From NCBI GenBank assembly GCA_963827655.1, contig CAWHCF010000008.1, positions 96,001 through 160,000 of the forward strand: DNA of 64,000 nt, written 5' to 3'. The DNA is from an uncultured Acidobacteriota bacterium. GTDB lineage: Bacteria > Acidobacteriota > UBA6911. Every line of letters starts with the position of its first letter. Position 1 is the stretch's first letter. The translations under genes and the position numbers were made by a program. Below, in pieces: positions 62,097 to 64,000 of the stretch. The notes under the pieces are model-generated. The model searched no databases, was not told where the DNA came from, and saw only the letters and a list, made by a program, of their open reading frames with translations.

Positions 62097-62231
62097 TCAG
62101 AGGAGTCTAACCGAAAAACGAAACTTAAGCTAATATAGTCCGCTTTCATTGGCAAGCTAAATACCCGCGTGTCCTGACCGCCACCAGGACGCGAAGACAC
62201 GAAGAATCATGAAGCACCCTTCCGGTCATTA

Positions 62232-64000
62232 ATGTCTCGGAGTCGATATCTCGCTCTGATCATTGCCCTCGCTTTCGCGTATTTCTTTCCCAACATTCGG
62301 GCCGGAGGGGTCCTGCTGCCGCTCGATGTTCTCCACCACCTGGGACCCTTCTCTGACTCGGTTCCGAAGGAGCTGGAAACGGTTCGGAACTTCCATCTAA
62401 CCGATCTGGTGACCATGATCTACCCTTGGACCGAACTTTTCCGCTCGGGAGGAGAGATCCTGCCGCTGTGGAATCCATATTCCTTTTGCGGATCCCCGCT
62501 GCTGGCCAGCGCCCAGACCGGGATGCTCTTTCCTGTCAGCTGGGCCTACAAGCTGTTCTCCTTCGGATTGGCCTCGCTTGTGGTGGGCATATCGAAACTG
62601 GCTTTTTGCGCCATCTTTGCTTTTCTGTACTACAGGAAATGCGGTTTCAACGAAATCGCCTGCCTGCTGGGAGCCCTGGCCTACATGTTGAGCGGGCAGA
62701 CCATTACCTGGTTGGGGTATCCCGGTGTGTTTCCCCTGGTTACTCTCCCCTTTGTTTTTTGGGCACTCGAGAATTACCTGGCCGACGTTTCCCGGAAGTT
62801 TTCCACCGCACCGGTCGTCAATCGTCAATCGTTCAATCGTCAATCGTCAATCGTCAATCGTCAATCGTGCCACCCCGTCCCTTGTCTGGGTTTCTGCGGG
62901 CTACGGGCTTCTCTTCCTGGGAAGCCAGCCGCAGTTCGGCTTTGTGATTGCGCTTGCGAGCGGGCTTTATTTTGCGGTGCGGGCGCGATGCCTGGGAGCT
63001 TGCGGTATCAGGCTCTGCCTGAACGTAGCGCTCTTTGCTCTCATCGGGCTATGTCTGGCCGCTCCGCAGATTCTCCCATTTGTCGAGTATCTCCGCGAAA
63101 GCGCTGCGTTCCGCTTGCGCGGGAGCTTTGGCTGGAAGCTTTATCCCTGGTATACCTTTGTTTCCTGGCCGTTGCCCCGTTTTTTCGGCGATGTGAACAA
63201 TTTCTGGGGGTTTTCCAGTGTTCTGGGCGAGGCGGTTTATGTAGGCACAATTCCCCTGGTTTTTGCCGGCCTCGGGTTGATTCTGGGGAAAAAAGACAGC
63301 TTTATCTGGGGTGTAGGTTCAGTCTTTGCCTTCGGTTTTCTGGGGTTGTATGTTCCGGTCACTCAGCAGCTTTACCAGTATCTTCCGGTGTTGTCGAACA
63401 TCGATAACAACAAGCTCGTGGTCTTGATTTGCTTTGGGCTGGCCTCCTTTTCTGTCGCGGGTATGCACAGCTTCCTGGAAGGACGCGCCCGTCCCAGCGG
63501 GATCCCTGTCCTTTGGCTCGGGATTGCGGCCCTTTGGAGCGGGCTGATTGCAATCGGGCTGGTCCATTTCCGCGCGGCCATAAACGAGATGGGACTGTGG
63601 AGGTTTGAGGCTTGGGAAGTAATGGCGTGGATAGTGGTCGTGGCAGGCGCCTTTGGAATCTTGTGGCTGTGGCGTAACCGGAAGCTCTCGACCAGGAATG
63701 CCGGCATTGCGCTAGTGGCGCTTACGGTGGGCGATTTGTTCCGCGTCTGGCTCAATTATTATCCTTCATACTCAACCGATTATCTGCGGCCGCGCTCCAG
63801 GTCGGTGGAATTCCTCGAGCAGAATCTTGGCGAAAGTCGATTCTTCGGCCTGGACGGGTTCCTCCCCCCTGAGACTTCGGTCATCTACCGGCTGCAAGAT
63901 GTCCGCGGAATCGAAGGACTGACACCTTACCGCTATTATCAGGTACTCGGTAAGATCGATCCTGGAGTGCATGATCTTCTTGCCCGGCTGCAGGCCGGGG
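62232..64000 (+). CDS. YfhO-like polytopic membrane protein, putative GT-C glycosyltransferase (partial; frameshift inside heptamer tract)
   Basis: PLWNPYSFCGSPLLA motif. After the tract the +1 frame is open to the window end (LAAPQILP..E, YVG.IPL, LQDVRG). Confidence 0.8.
62815..62868 (+). repeat. Intragenic tandem heptamer (TCGTCAA)x7, one unit with an extra T
   Basis: Read directly from the sequence; the third unit is TCGTTCAA. Confidence 0.95.

Noticed and set aside
115-63972. Numerous overlapping or antisense ORFs in the six-frame track
   Set aside because: They are shadows of genes with clear family motifs in GC-rich DNA and have no motifs of their own.

Overview
Gene-dense Gram-negative bacterial chromosome segment. 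Gene content (Oar-type TonB receptor, Tes-like radical SAM enzyme, futalosine-type prenyltransferase) suggests Acidobacteriota; this is an inference. From left to right it holds a molybdo-hydroxylase maturation cluster (MocA-like end, CoxG, XdhC, IscU/SufU), a di-heme cytochrome c, and a type IV pilus locus (pilA, pilC, pilT, pilB) split by an ~8 kb patchwork island and studded with MITE/REP-like elements. Next come an amino-acid salvage cluster (hydantoinase B, OSBS/NAAAR, racemase, HAD), a decayed Tat-exported gene, a SAM-I riboswitch-controlled threonine-synthase-like + MoaD/ThiS pair, and an ECF/anti-sigma/Spy triad. A histidine kinase + sigma54 activator sit upstream of a second ECF sigma that has a -24/-12 promoter. 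A long envelope-lipid region follows (mnmA, lpxB, inactive M1-TPR protein, ICMT-like methyltransferase, tetraether-synthase-like radical SAM, lpxD, ABC-2 exporter, rfaE1, GT9, plsY, pgpA), then housekeeping genes (thpR, cinA, yacG, rimO, TgpA-DUF58-MoxR, ruvBA) and a YfhO-like membrane gene with a heptamer tract at its frameshift. Many isolated 1-bp frameshifts in conserved genes point to long-read indel errors. No rRNA, tRNA, CRISPR array, transposase or integrase was seen. The most notable items are the Tes-like enzyme among lipid genes, the SAM-riboswitch/ThrC-like/sulfur-carrier unit, the pilin gene bracketed by inverted MITE-like elements, and dispersed heptamer/nonamer palindromic repeats that partly lie inside reading frames.
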